Below the pieces are notes generated by a model. That model saw only the letters and a program-made list of their open reading frames with translations. It was not told where the DNA came from and did no database searches. A DNA stretch of 64,000 bases from Eledone cirrhosa (Eukaryota). A program made the translations under genes and the position numbers. Below are positions 13,263 to 25,825 of the stretch, piece after piece. Every line of letters begins with the position of its first letter. Positions within the stretch are counted from its first letter, which is position 1. Location: NCBI GenBank assembly GCA_964016885.1, contig OZ024742.1, positions 27,342,001 through 27,406,000 of the forward strand, given 5' to 3'.

Positions 13263-13619
13263 GAAAGGCACGTGGCTGAGTGGTTAGAGAATTGGATTCG
13301 CAATCGTGAGGTTGTGAGTTTGATTCCCAGACCCGGGTGATGCATTATGTCCTTGAGCAAGACACTTTATTTCACGTTGCTCCTTCTACCTGGAGTTGCG
13401 ACCGATAGATAGTATTAGCAATTGGAAAGACCGATGGAAGCATTGTTTCCTAGGTCCGATTTGGCGAAAGTCGATCGAGTATCGATATATATATATTGCT
13501 TAAAATACGTTGCTACTAAGCATGCTATTGTAGTTACTCAAATTTTCATGATGGATACCATCATGAAACAATACCGAGGAAATCATGGTTACTCGAGGGC
13601 TCATTCTTTTGCAATTACA

Positions 13620-13697
<78 letters not shown>

Positions 13698-13717
13698 GCG
13701 CTCGCGCGCGCGCATAA

Positions 13718-13910
13718 GTATTGCCAAAAACCCAATGAGCAGCTTAGATATATATACAGGAACTCATGCCAACTCATAGCCTTCAAAAGTGTAATGACCA
13801 ACATAACTAAAAGAGTCTCTAGTCTATCATCTAATAAAAACATCATTGATAAAACAGCCCCATATTATAATGCCACCCTAACAAACAGTGGTTTCAAAGA
13901 TTAGATTTTC
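13718..13910 (+). mobile_element. Penelope-like RT C-terminal fragment
   Basis: YCQKPNEQLRYIYRNS...KRVSSLSSNKNIIDKTAPYYNATLTNSGF parallels the RT ends at ~12480-12640 and ~60730-60910. Confidence 0.7.
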
Positions 13911-14409
13911 TGCTTCTCTGTGCAATACCCTAGAAGTAGAAATAATCGAAATAGAACTAAAAATATTGGGAAACATGTTTAGTCCTGTATATATATTTAT
14001 ATACATATATATCCTGTATATATATTTATAAATATGTATTTATGTTTCTACAGATATTATGCATCATATTTAAATGTGGCTTTTTCCTGATCCCTTTCGG
14101 GGAACTACCGTTAATTATATATATTATTATAATTCGGTAGATGGTCGGCCGCCATGTTTTGCACGATAGAGTTACGGTCCTTTACGGTCTGAGTTCAAAT
14201 CTCCCACCGAGGTTAACTTTGCCTTTCATCCTTACGGGGTCGATAAAATAAAGTACCACTAATACACTGGGGTAATTGATGGTCTTGTGCCAAAAGTAGA
14301 AACAATTATTATTATATTTCTTATTATATTATGTTATTGGCATCCAGCGGTCTTAAAAACCATGGATATGTGCCTGGAGAATGTTATGTCAACTGCTGAT
14401 GGTAGTGCA

Positions 14410-14792
14410 GTGTCTGCTGTGGCTGTACAGCCCCACGTGGGAGTGGAAGTCCTGTATACAGTGACTACATTTATAGATGTTGTCCTCCACTACTACTGTG
14501 GCTGTACAGTCCCACAAAGGAGTGACAGTCCTGTATACAGTGACTAGATTTGTAGATGTCCCCTGGGACTACTGTGGCTGTACAGGCCCACACTGGAGTG
14601 GCAGTACTACTGTGGCTGTACAGCCCCACACGGGAGTGCTAATCCTGTATACAGTGACTACATTTGTAGATGTTCTCCTCTGGTACTACTGTGGCTGTAC
14701 AGGCCTACACTGAAGTGGCAGTACTACTGTGGCTGTACAGCCCCACACGGGAGTGCTAATCTTGTATACAGTGACTACATTTGTAGATGTTC
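14410..14792. repeat. Compound minisatellite (ctactgtggctgtacagccccacacgggagtg...tatacagtgactacatttgtagatgt)
   Basis: Four to six partial tandem units visible. Confidence 0.8.
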
Positions 14793-14799
14793 TCCTTAG

Positions 14800-15079
14800 G
14801 TGCAACTGTGTTCTATTTTCAAGCATGCTTTTCCTCAGAGGCAAGTTTCAGTTTCTTCTGCCCTCGCTCCACCCCTTTGCTCAGTACTCGTCTCCATCTT
14901 AGGTTATCATTAGCATCCTCCAACCATCTCTCTGGATCTAGCTCTAGTTTACTTCATATCCCTCCTGCAGACGTCTTTGAAACAAAGAAGAGGTCGTACT
15001 CGTACTCTTTTGCCGGTGGCCCCATACAGTAGGTCATTTGGGATCTTCCCATCCGGCATACGATGTACGAGACCGAGCC

Positions 15080-15080
<1 letters not shown>
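14800..15080 (-). mobile_element. RTE (BovB-like) LINE 3' fragment
   Basis: Minus strand reads LGLVHRMPDGKIPNDLLYG/ATGKRVRVRPLLCFKDVCRRDMK, a typical RTE C-terminus. Confidence 0.75.
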
Positions 15081-15118
<38 letters not shown>

Positions 15119-15286
15119 AGAAAGGCGGGATGTTATATTCGTAGCTGGTAGAGCACTCAGTCCAAAAAACGAGCTCGGTATAGAGTTAAGTATAGAGTTA
15201 GTTCCAAACAAGTTAGCGAACCATACTCGAGATTGGTTTACTAATTTGTTGTCGCACTAACTCTCTCTCTCTATATATATATATAA

Positions 15287-15335
<49 letters not shown>

Positions 15336-15709
15336 ATATAGATAAAAGAGAAAGGCCATGTGTACTGAGTCAGTATTTTCTCGGAGAATCTGACAAAGAT
15401 GTGTGTAGCGCCTACGTGGGCGCGCTCACATTTTTACGAACAGATAAAATTGATGAATAAAAACTCTCACGTGAGAAGTGATGATAAATGTATAACAGGG
15501 AATATAGTTTTTAGTAAAGTGTTCTCCTAAGACTCTCTCTTCAGTCTTATCTATGTGGACTTAACACCATCTCACGAATCAGACTCTTCGGAAAGAAATT
15601 CATAAAGTTTCATATATTTTATGATTTTCTATGAAAATTCACTAATCTTTCAAAATAACCAAAGAAAATCCACTAGCAGTACGAGATTATATATATATAT
15701 ATATATAAT

Positions 15710-16260
15710 AAAGAATCATCTGTGCTCTACCAACATGCTAAGATAGAACACGGGGGTAGATTAGAGAACATAGAAATAAAAATAGAATCCACACACAGAA
15801 AAGATGCAATGTTTAGGCAAATTACAGAGGCAGTAAGCATAAAAGAATTAAAACCAAAATTAAATAGAAAATATGAGTGGAACAGCAACATCACAACTTA
15901 CAATTAAGGACAAAATGAAAACACACACACACATAGAACAAACAACCAACCAACAATAAATAAATAAATAAACAAATAGATAAATGAACACAAACACACA
16001 CAGACACCCGGATGTGGCGCATGCGCAAACTGAGCACACAACACACACACAGAAACAAAATGGCGTAGGATAGAAGAAAGGAAAGGCACAGAAACAAAGA
16101 AAGGAATCCCCAGTCACTGAAGAGGTCACAGAGTGTGTGACGAAAGGACTATGACTATATATAAACAACTATCTGGTTGTGGAACCAACCAACCAACCAG
16201 AAATTTATAAGTTTGTAGATTTGTAAATTTATAAATTTATAAATATATAATAAATTGAAG
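15710..16260 (+). mobile_element. Penelope-like 3' fragment (end of GIY-YIG domain, 3' UTR, hammerhead)
   Basis: SVLYQHAKIEH...FRQITEAVSIKELKPKLNRKYEW (H..H, E...I....P.LN pattern) starting at a (TA)n tract. Confidence 0.75.
16112..16156 (+). ncRNA. Minimal type I hammerhead ribozyme
   Basis: AGTCA-CTGAAGA-GGTCACAGAGTGTGTGAC-GAAA-GGAC-TA-TGACT: helix I AGTCA/TGACT, helix II GTCACA/TGTGAC, very short helix III. Confidence 0.8.
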
Positions 16261-16376
16261 TGAAAGCAACTGGTGCGTGTGTTTCTTATTGGCAACATGA
16301 CCCTCCCAAAGTATAACAATATCGGTTTCAACACACGATTTCAGATAAAGAATCTTGCTAAACAAATTCAGAAACG

Positions 16377-16432
<56 letters not shown>

Positions 16433-16989
16433 TTTCCTATTTATCAGGAAATATTCCCTACTCTCTCACAACCACTATCTCTTCCTCTCTATCTTTCTCT
16501 CTCTATTTATGAAGGTTCCCGGGAAAAACCCGGATCTCGGGAACACGCGTTCCTATTTACGCGAAACTTGTTTTATTCTATTTGTATTCCTACGGCAACT
16601 TCCTTTCAAAATATTTTTCCATTATGCGCCGTTTTGTCTGTATTAAGTATCAGTCAAGACGCAATCACAGAGTTTTAGTAATACATAGATAGATAGATTG
16701 ATAAATAATTAGATAGATAGATTCAAAATAAACAAACACTACCAACAACACCACAATAACACCACCACCCCACCGCCACACCACCACCACACCACCACCA
16801 CACCCCACCACCCTCCACCAACACATATTCTAAACTTCTGTTAAACAATTCAACAAAATCACACCACCAAAAAAAAGAAAGATCTGTCTCACACCCCAGG
16901 GGTTCAAAAAGTGGGGGAGTGGATGGAGTACTTTGTCGTTCTTCACAGCAGATGAAAACATTTGTTGTATCAAAGTAAAAAATGTTGTA

Positions 16990-17504
16990 GTGGGTTATAG
17001 AGAGGGGGATAGAATTTGGTGGTCTAGTGGAGACGGGAATTGTGAGAGAGAGTGAGGTATGTAGTGGTATATATAGAGGATATTGTGAGAGTGAGAGAGA
17101 GAGTGACGTATGTTGCGGAATACAGAGATGGGAAGGGAATTTGTAAATCAATTAAATGAGGCGGATTTGTGATAGAGATTGAGGTATGTAGTGGAATATA
17201 GAACACGGGAGAAAGGTTGTTGGTTTAGTGAGAGAAAGGCAATTAAGAAAGTGAAAGAAAATGAGGTATGTGGTGGAATATAGAGAGGGGAGAGAATTGT
17301 GTGGTCTAGTGAGAGAGTGGGTATTATGAGAGAGGGTGAGGTATGTAGTAGGATATAGAGAGGGGGAGATTCATTTGTGGTCTAGTGAGGGAGGGAGATG
17401 TGTGAGAGAGTGAGGTATATAGTGGTATAGAGTTAGGGGAGAGAATTTGATTGTCTTGTGAGAGAGGGGGAATTGTGAGAGAGTGAGTTGTATGTAGAGA
17501 TATA
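16990..17504. repeat. Degenerate GA-rich satellite, left flank of LINE copy 2
   Basis: Recurring gtgagagagtgaggtatgtagtggxatatagagagggg units; the array resumes at 23060. Confidence 0.8.
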
Positions 17505-20500
17505 TATTTCTATTTATTTGCCACCAGGGCATCAAAGATTGGGACAAATATAAAGGAGGGAGTTTACATACATTTAAAAAGACGTATAAAAACATATAAT
17601 AAATTAAATTTAACAATCGATGTCCTCAATAGGGAGGGGCGTTGACATGGGGCGTACCCCCCCCCCCCCGAAAAATGTGCAACCCTCCTCTTCAGGAGCA
17701 CAAAGAGCGGGTGCTTCCTTCCTCTTCTCATTCTTCTCCTCTCTCACCTACAGGCTGATATAGAGAGAAGGCCCATTCACTCGGGCCATTCTCGCTACAT
17801 TCACCCATCTTTCATAAAACTTGCTGGGGTAGAGCACCTCTCTCTCCATTCTGATCCTTCTTCTAAAGTGGTACATGAAAAAAAAGACCAGTTGTTGGCC
17901 GGAGAAAAAGGTGTCTGACCTCAGCCCTTTCAACCTTGTCCACCATACAACTTCTTTCGCCATGGCTATCACACAGAGGAAAACCGCCTCTCCTTCGTTT
18001 TTGAAAGGGGGAGGCGGTTTGATCGTGACAATGTTCTCGGTGGTCAACCGGATTGGTCCCACCCGCGACAGTAGTCGTTCTACATAGCCCCACAGGTCAG
18101 CAACGCCTGGGCAGTGTACGAATGCGTGTGCGACGGTTTCCTCGTCACGCACGCATCTTGGACAGATCTTCTTTGAGGGGTGCCTACCCGGGCGCCCGTG
18201 TCTGTAGACCTTGTCCCGAACGGGTAGAGATCCTCGGTAACATTGCAAGCCGGGGACTTTTGGAAGTTGTCCATCGGTCCCGGGCCAAACGTCCTACCGA
18301 ACAGACTGGCCAGCTCGTCTTCCTCCATGCCCAGAGTCTCTCCGAGAGCGTTGTCGAACTTACTGCGCACCAACCCTCTATAGAATGTTGAGGTTGAGTC
18401 TCCACTGATTGCCGGATCCGCTTGCCAGAGGGCCGTGAGCGCCTGGGCACATTCAATGTGCCAGTCGCCCACTTTTCTCGGTCTTTGCTTGACCCAGGAT
18501 TGCAGCTCGGTGAGTGAGACGAGTCTCGGAAAGGCTCGCCTCACAAACAGGGCCCACACCGGCTGACCGGTGAGGAATACCTGGAGGTGCCGTAGCCTTA
18601 ATGCGTGTCTACGCATCGTCAGCCACGACATCCCCAGCCCTCCGTTCGAAGGGTGTTGACAGCAGATGGATCTTCTCACCAAAGGAGCCCGCTTCTTCCA
18701 AAGAAATCGAAAGAGCGCGACCTTTCAGGGATAGTTTGCACTCGGCCCACTTCTGGGCGAGTGCAAACACCTTGCCCGTTACCTCGTCCCAGTTTTTCTC
18801 CATCTGGAGGTCCGGTCCGAATCAGACCCCGAGCAACTTCACCGGTCATTCCGTTCAGCGTCCGACGATGCCGTCGGAGGGCATCGTTTTGCCCCTCCAC
18901 GTCCCGAGTTGCAAACCGACGGACTTGTCCCGGTTCAGCTTGGCTCCTGTGAACCTTTCATATTCCTCCAGTAAGGTGCCGATCTGCCCGATTTCCGAGG
19001 CGCACGACACCATTACTGTCACGTCATCGGCGTAGGCCGACACCGCTTTCCGCAATCCAGGTTCCAAGGGGATGCCCTGCAACAGCTCCAACTTCCGCAA
19101 TAGTGGCTTGAGAGCCAGCACATACAGGAGGGAGGAGAGAGGGCATCCCTGTCAAATGGATCGCGTGATTTGGAACGGCTCCGAGAGGTAGCCGTTCACG
19201 TTGACCCTCGAGCAGGTGTTGCGGCTGTGCATTACAGCAATCCAGCCCCTGAAAACGGGTCCGAAGCCTGCCGCCGCGAGCACCGCATTCAGGTATCGAT
19301 GGTCAACCCTATCGAACGCCTTAGATTGATCCAAGTTGATCAGGGCCCCACCAAAGCCGGGTTCGTTCCCTACCATCTCTACGATGTATCGCATGAGGTG
19401 GAGGTTGTCGTGTATGGACCTGGACGGGATTGCGCATGTCTGCGCTTCTCCCACCAGGTTCCCGACGACAAGCGCCAACCTCTTCGCTAACACCTTGGCC
19501 AAAATCTTTAACTCTGTGTTTAGCAGATTTATGGGCCTGAAGTTATCTATGTCATCCCCCTTGTTCTCGTCCTTCCTCACCAGGGTGACTACGACCTTTG
19601 TCACAGAACTGGGAATTCTCCCATTCTGTTGCCAGTTGCAGTAGACCGCCTCCAGGAGACCGGAGAACAAGCCCGGCATCGCCACATATAAAGTTCGTAT
19701 GGTAGACCATCGAGACCCGGAGATTTGCGTTTGCCGCATTGGCTCAGCGCTTCCCCTATTTCAGCGACTGAAATCGGCCTCTCGCAGGACTTCGCCTCCC
19801 CGTCCGAGAGCCGCGCCAGACCGTCGAGGTATGGACCGAAATCCATGGCCCCACCCGGCCCGCCGCCCCTCCTGAACAGTCGTGCAAAGCGCCGTTGAAA
19901 GCCCGCGCTCATCCGCTCAGGTTCAAGGATCACGCGTCCATCCTGGTCCTTCAAAGACCGAATCGTGGACTTGTTTCCACTTTTTGCCTCTTTCACTAGG
20001 GCCCAGCCATCAGCTTTGGCTCCCTCGTTACCCAGAGCACGTATTTTACTCCTGACAACGCAGCCCTCGTGCTTTGCATCAAAGAACTGGTCTAGGGCCG
20101 TTCTTGACGCCAGCACGCCGGCCATCTTTCCACTCCTAATCGCCTCTTCTACTCTATTTGTTAATACCTTTCAGTTCTATTCCTATCTGATGCTAATTCC
20201 CGACTAAAACCTATCGATTCTATTCTAATTTCTCTCTTGAGAGAGCCCACCACCTGCTGTTGACAATTTCCCCCGTCAAACGCTGCTTAACTAGTGTGCT
20301 AATCTGTCTATGAGTTCTATCAAGGTTGACCACTCCGGTCACCAACTTGTGATCCGAATAGTCAACCATGAACATTCGTGGACAGCTTAATTTGTCCCTA
20401 TCCTTATTTCTAACTAGGAACCTATCTAGGTACGACCTAGATGTTCCGCTACAATTACTCGACGTCCACAGTGGCACAGTCGGAAAATCTAGTCGATATC

Positions 20501-23059
20501 TATCGGCCAGATCAAATCGGCCGATTAATCGTTTGAGGCTGTTACACCCCCCTCTATCGGGAAATGCCCCTACATAGTCCCAACGTGCATCCAGGTTACC
20601 ATTCCAGTCCCCCACTAAAAGCAAGGAGCGAGACGTTCCCAGGAAATTCTCCAGGCGTCGGAAGAAGTCCGGTCGCGGTGTCGCAGATAGGGCATACGCT
20701 GCCACCAGCCTGAAAGCTCCACCTTCACCACTGCCGACGTCTAAAACCACCAGTCGACCCTCCGGGTCCAGGTGTACCTTCTGTGTGGCAAGAACCAGGT
20801 ATTTTCGCAACAGAACGACAACCCAACCCCCACCCTTCGGCTGACAGAGAGAAGCGTAGATCTCAAAGTCGTCGAAGATGGGGGCCAGTTGGCGCTCGCT
20901 GCTGATCCTGGACTCGCAAATAACCATTACATCCACTCTGTGCGACCTGAGGTCATTTAAGAGTTTGCCCTGTTTCCAGGACATCCCCAAAACCGCGTGC
21001 ATTCACACATCCAACTTTTATATTGGCCATGTTGGTGCTGAAGAGTTAAAAAGGAAGAGAAAAGGAAATTACTTACCTCTTCGTCTCCTGTGGACCAGGC
21101 TGCACAATTTCCATGGGGTGTTGGAAGAGTTGTTTGGTGGGGTAGTGGTTTGTGGTGGGGTGAGGAGATCAGTGTTTGGTGGGATTAGGGTGTTTGGTGG
21201 GGTGTGGGTGTCTGGTGTGGGGGTGGGGAAACATCTCAATAGGACGCTGTTATGTGGTTGTGTGCAGTTGGTCCCCACATGCATTGGATGCTTCTTTTTC
21301 AAAGTTACATAGGTTTCCGTTGGGACCCTAATCATCATTACGTGCGGTTTTTTCGCTGCGTAGGTGAAAGTGATCCCTTCGGTGGAAACCGAAGGGTTAT
21401 TTTGTTGTGTTGTGTTTGTTTTTGTTTGTTGTTCTTGTGCGTGTTTGCGTTTTGTAGTACGTCTTATGTTTTGGGGAGGGGTGGGTTTTTTATTTGTGAT
21501 GTTTGTTCTGTTTGTGCTGGTGGTTGTGAGTTTGTGGCATTTTTGTTAATGTGGTGCCTTTTTTTCCTTTTCACCTGTTGAAAGGGTTCTCCCTCGTCGT
21601 CACTGGGTGACGTTGATACGGAGTCCTCTTCCGTGTTGTTGGGGAGGGGTATATTTTGGGGTTTTGTTGTGGTTGCTTTTGTATTTGTTTTAGGTGGGGT
21701 GAGGTTGGGTGGAACAGTGTTTTGTGTTGTTATTTTTCAGTGTTGGTGTGGTTGTTGTTGTTGTTGTTGTGGTGGTGGTGGTGGTGGTGGTGGTGGTGGT
21801 GGTGGTGGTGGTGGTGGTGGTGGTGGTGTTGTGTTGTTGTGTTCGGGGTTGGCAGAAGAGCCTTTTTTTTTATTCGTTATTTGAGGACAGGCAGCCCTCA
21901 GGTGACCCCTGCTTAAGCAGTGGTAACATGACGGCCGCCTTCCCTCCACTGAAATGTTTATAAAAGTTAGCCCGTCCAGAGGCACGCGTTGTGGGATATT
22001 CGCTATTCGTTCTGGGCTCATTTGCACCAGAACTTCTACGCTGGTCCCACCAAATACACCTCCGGAGGACTTTCCTATTGAAATTATCCTGTCTTCATCA
22101 AAGTCAATGATTCCACATAGTATCCACCAAATATTTACATTTGGTGTGATACTCATAATTTTTATTCTTTGTGTCCTTTTTCCCCTATATGTGGGGAAAA
22201 AGGTGAAGCGGGGGGACACAATGGGTGATACCGAGTATTTTTGTGCTGTTGTATGGTTATTCATTAGCACCGAAATGCTACCAAACAGTTTTCCTTTTTG
22301 TATGAAGGTTATGTCCTTTATTGCATCTTTTAGAACCAGCTCAATTTGATTTTGTGATAATTGGGCTGGTTTTCTTGTTTCGTTCGATATTGTCCTGAAA
22401 ACCACTGTTTTCAGGACAGCCTCTCTATGTAATTCCTGTGGAGAATTGATGCTAAAAGCACCGTTTTCGCCAAAAGTCACGAATTGTTTTGCGTCTTGTA
22501 ATAGTTGTTTAGCATTTGTTATGTCTATTGGCGTGTATAGTTCGTTTTTTTTACAGTCTGTGCGAATGTTGTTTTGGTGTTGTTGTCTTTTTTGTTGCTG
22601 CTGTTGTTGTCACTGTTGGTAATATTGTTCATGTTTTCCTTGGTGTTGCTATTGTTGCAGTTGTTGGTTGTGGTGTTATTGTCATTGTTCTTGTTGTTGG
22701 TGCTGGTATTATTTACCGGGTTTGGTTTCGTGGTTTCAATATTTTCAACGTTTTTCGATAATGCGAGGGGGAAGGCTGCAAGCTTTGTACTCCTACCTTC
22801 CCTCCACCACTTTTCTTAGTCGGCGTGGCACTCACGACAGTGTGCGAGGTGGAAATGGCATCCATTGCTGATACCAAGTCTATACAGTTTTGAGATGAAA
22901 ATGAAAATTTCGTCCCAGAAAGGGGCGAAAATTAGTTGACTCAACGTCTGACGGCCCAGGCAAGGGGTTAAACTAAACATGCTATTAAATTGATCAATGA
23001 ACTCACAGTTTTTTTTACAATAATCCGTAAAAATCCGGAGCGAAGTAATACACGTCTAT
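17505..23059 (-). mobile_element. Near full-length Tx1/L1-clade LINE copy 2 (~5.5 kb), frameshifted
   Basis: ORF1 (22865 to ~21070) has a CCHC knuckle CYHCLSRGHLRAAC. ORF2 (21030 to 17748) has APE motifs (GDWN, YLDR, SDH), RT motifs (KSPGLDG, FRPINLLN, LDQSKAFDRV, AYADDV) and C-terminal CPRC..EETVAHAFVHC. Confidence 0.95.
17748..21030 (-). pseudogene. LINE ORF2 (APE endonuclease, reverse transcriptase, zinc finger), broken into several frames
   Basis: Consecutive ORF-track pieces 20220-21002, 19601-20125, 19152-19739, 18855-19121, 18080-18682 and 17748-18248 carry the motifs in the expected order. Confidence 0.9.
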
Positions 23060-23530
23060 GTTGGTCTAGTGAGAGAGGGGGAATTGTGAGAGAGTGTGTT
23101 GTATGTAGAGATATAGGGAACGGGAGAGAATGTGTTGGTTCAGTGAGGGGGGGGGGGGGTGAGAGAGACTGTCGTATATAATGGAATATAGAGATGGGGA
23201 GAGAATGTGGTGGATTAGAGGGAGATGGGGGAATTGTGAGAGTAAGGTATGTAGTGGTATAGAGTGAGGAAGAGAGAATTTGTTGATTTAGTGAGAGAAA
23301 GGGAATTGTGTGAGAGAGTGTCGTATGTAATGGAATATAGAGAGGGGGAATATCGTGAGAGAGGGGCAATTGTGAGACAGAATGAGGTGTATACTGGGAT
23401 ACAGAGAGTGGGAGAGAATGTATTGTTTTAGAGAGAAAGGGTGAATTGTGATATTGAGAGAGAGAGTAAGGTATGTAGTGGGATACAGAAAGGAGAAGAG
23501 GATTTAGTACTCTGGTGAGAGAGTGGGGTA
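23060..23530. repeat. Degenerate GA-rich satellite, right flank of LINE copy 2
   Basis: Same unit as 16990-17504. Confidence 0.8.
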
Positions 23531-23559
23531 TATATTTGGGTTTCGCAGTAAAGTGGCTG

Positions 23560-23641
23560 CGTATACGAGTGTGTGTTTATATGAATATATATATATGTGT
23601 GTGTTTACGCACGTGTGTACGTGTGTATGTGTGTGTGTGTT

Positions 23642-23685
<44 letters not shown>

Positions 23686-23978
23686 CGTGTTTGTATGTTT
23701 CTATATATATGTGTGTGTGTGTTTGTTTATATGTATGTGTGTGTATTTATATATATATATATATATGTGTGTGTGTTTATTTCTGTATCTGTGTATGTTT
23801 GTTTGTATGTTTCTATATATATATATATGTGTATGTGTGTTTGTTTATATATATGTGTCTTTATATATGTATGTATGTTTGTATTTATGTCTGTGTCTGT
23901 GTGCTTATATATGTGTGTGCGTCTGAGTGTGTACACGTATGTGTGTGTGTTTGTGTATATATTTATATATATATATAC

Positions 23979-24015
<37 letters not shown>

Positions 24016-24048
24016 TATATATGTATTTATATATGTATTTATGTGTGT
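23560..24048. repeat. Compound (TG)n/(TA)n microsatellite
   Basis: Directly visible. Confidence 0.95.
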
Positions 24049-24369
24049 CAAATTGCTAAGTGGCGTATTCGGATAACAATCGTAAGGTCGTGAGTTCGAT
24101 TCCCGGTAGCGCATTGTGTCCTTGAGCAGACACTTTATTTCACGTCGCTCCAGTACACACAGCTGGCAAAAATGAGTTGTACTTTTAATTCGAATGACCA
24201 GCCTTGTCACACACTGTCACACTGAATCTTCCTGAGAACTACGTAAAGGAACGAGTATCTGTGGAATGCTCAGCCACCTTCACGTTAATTTCACAAGTAG
24301 ACTGTTGTCTCTCTTTTAATATTACTATGGCAGCCACTACAAGACTAATGTCACTGACTAAACTACATG

Positions 24370-25370
24370 AATACCATCACCACCCCGAACACTATTACAT
24401 CAGTATCCCTACCACAACCATCGCCATTAACACCTTTACCACTACCACCGCAACCATCGCAATCACCATGATCACCACCAATGCTATCAGCATGACACTT
24501 CCAGCCGAAACAATCAACCACAACACTACCACCATCACTACACCCAATATATCTGCCATCACCACCACAAGCACTACAATCATCACCACTGTCACCACAA
24601 CCACAGCCATCACAAGCAACCCCACTATACCAACCCTATTACGCCCACCACTAATACCAGCTATACAAGCAATACCACCATACCAACCCTAACACAACCA
24701 CCTCAACAACAAAACTACCACAAGCACCACCACAGACATCACTACCACCAGCCACACCACTACAACAACACCACTAACATAATTACACCAATAATATTAC
24801 CACTATCACAACTACCATAGTTAACAGCACCATCACTACCACCATAATCACCACCACCATACCATGCCTACTACGACTACTAGTTACCAACAACAACAAC
24901 AACAAACACGATATCATATTTATTACAACTACCACAGTTACTACCACAACCGCCACCACCAACAGCACCACCACCCACACCACCACAACCTGCAGAACTT
25001 CCAGAACCACCTCCACCAACACCAAAACCACCATCACCATCATTGCTGACACCATACTTATTACAACTACCATGGTTACCACCACACCAACACCACCAAC
25101 ACCAACACCACCGCAACCATCACCACTACAATCAGGACCAACACCACCACCACAACCATCACCAACACCACCCCAACTATTACCAGCACCACAACCGCCT
25201 CCACAAACACCAAAACCTCCGCAACCAGCACCACCACCACCCCAATCAGCACCACAACCACCTCCACAAACACCAAAACCACCACCAACACCATCATCAC
25301 CACCACCAACACCGCCATCACCACCACCACCAACACCATCACCAGCACTATACCATACCTATTACATCTA
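24370..25370. repeat. Degenerate (CAC/CAA)n low-complexity tract
   Basis: Directly visible; produces spurious Thr/His/Pro ORFs. Confidence 0.9.
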
Positions 25371-25579
25371 CCACTTTATACCATCACAGATATTTTCTAT
25401 ATACCTTCACAATCATCAAACTCTAGCAGTTTTTTTTTTCCTTATTATTTTTTCACCAATAATCAATAAAACACGATATATATTTAACTTTTAAACTACG
25501 CCCCCAAACCTTATCAAAACTCCCTTCAAGGTATACTTCATACGAATATTCGCAAATGTCAATCGTGGGAATATATGAA

Positions 25580-25825
25580 TGTGTGAATGTATGTATGTAT
25601 GTATGTATGTATGTATGTATGTATGTATGTATGTATGTATGTATGTATGTATGTATGTATGTATGTATGTTTGTATCTTTGTATCTTTGTATGTATCTTT
25701 GTATCTTTGTATCTTTGTATGTATGTATATATGTATATATGTATGTATCTTTGTATCTTTGTATGTATGTATGTATCTTTGTATGTATGTATCTTTGTAT
25801 GTCTATTTGTATGTATGTGTGTATG
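25580..25825. repeat. (TATG)n microsatellite with tctttg variants
   Basis: Directly visible; similar tracts at 28080-28163 and 29665-29720. Confidence 0.95.

Noticed and set aside
13264-13345. tRNA gene candidates (A/B boxes)
   Set aside because: They are heads of multi-copy SINEs and do not form a full cloverleaf.
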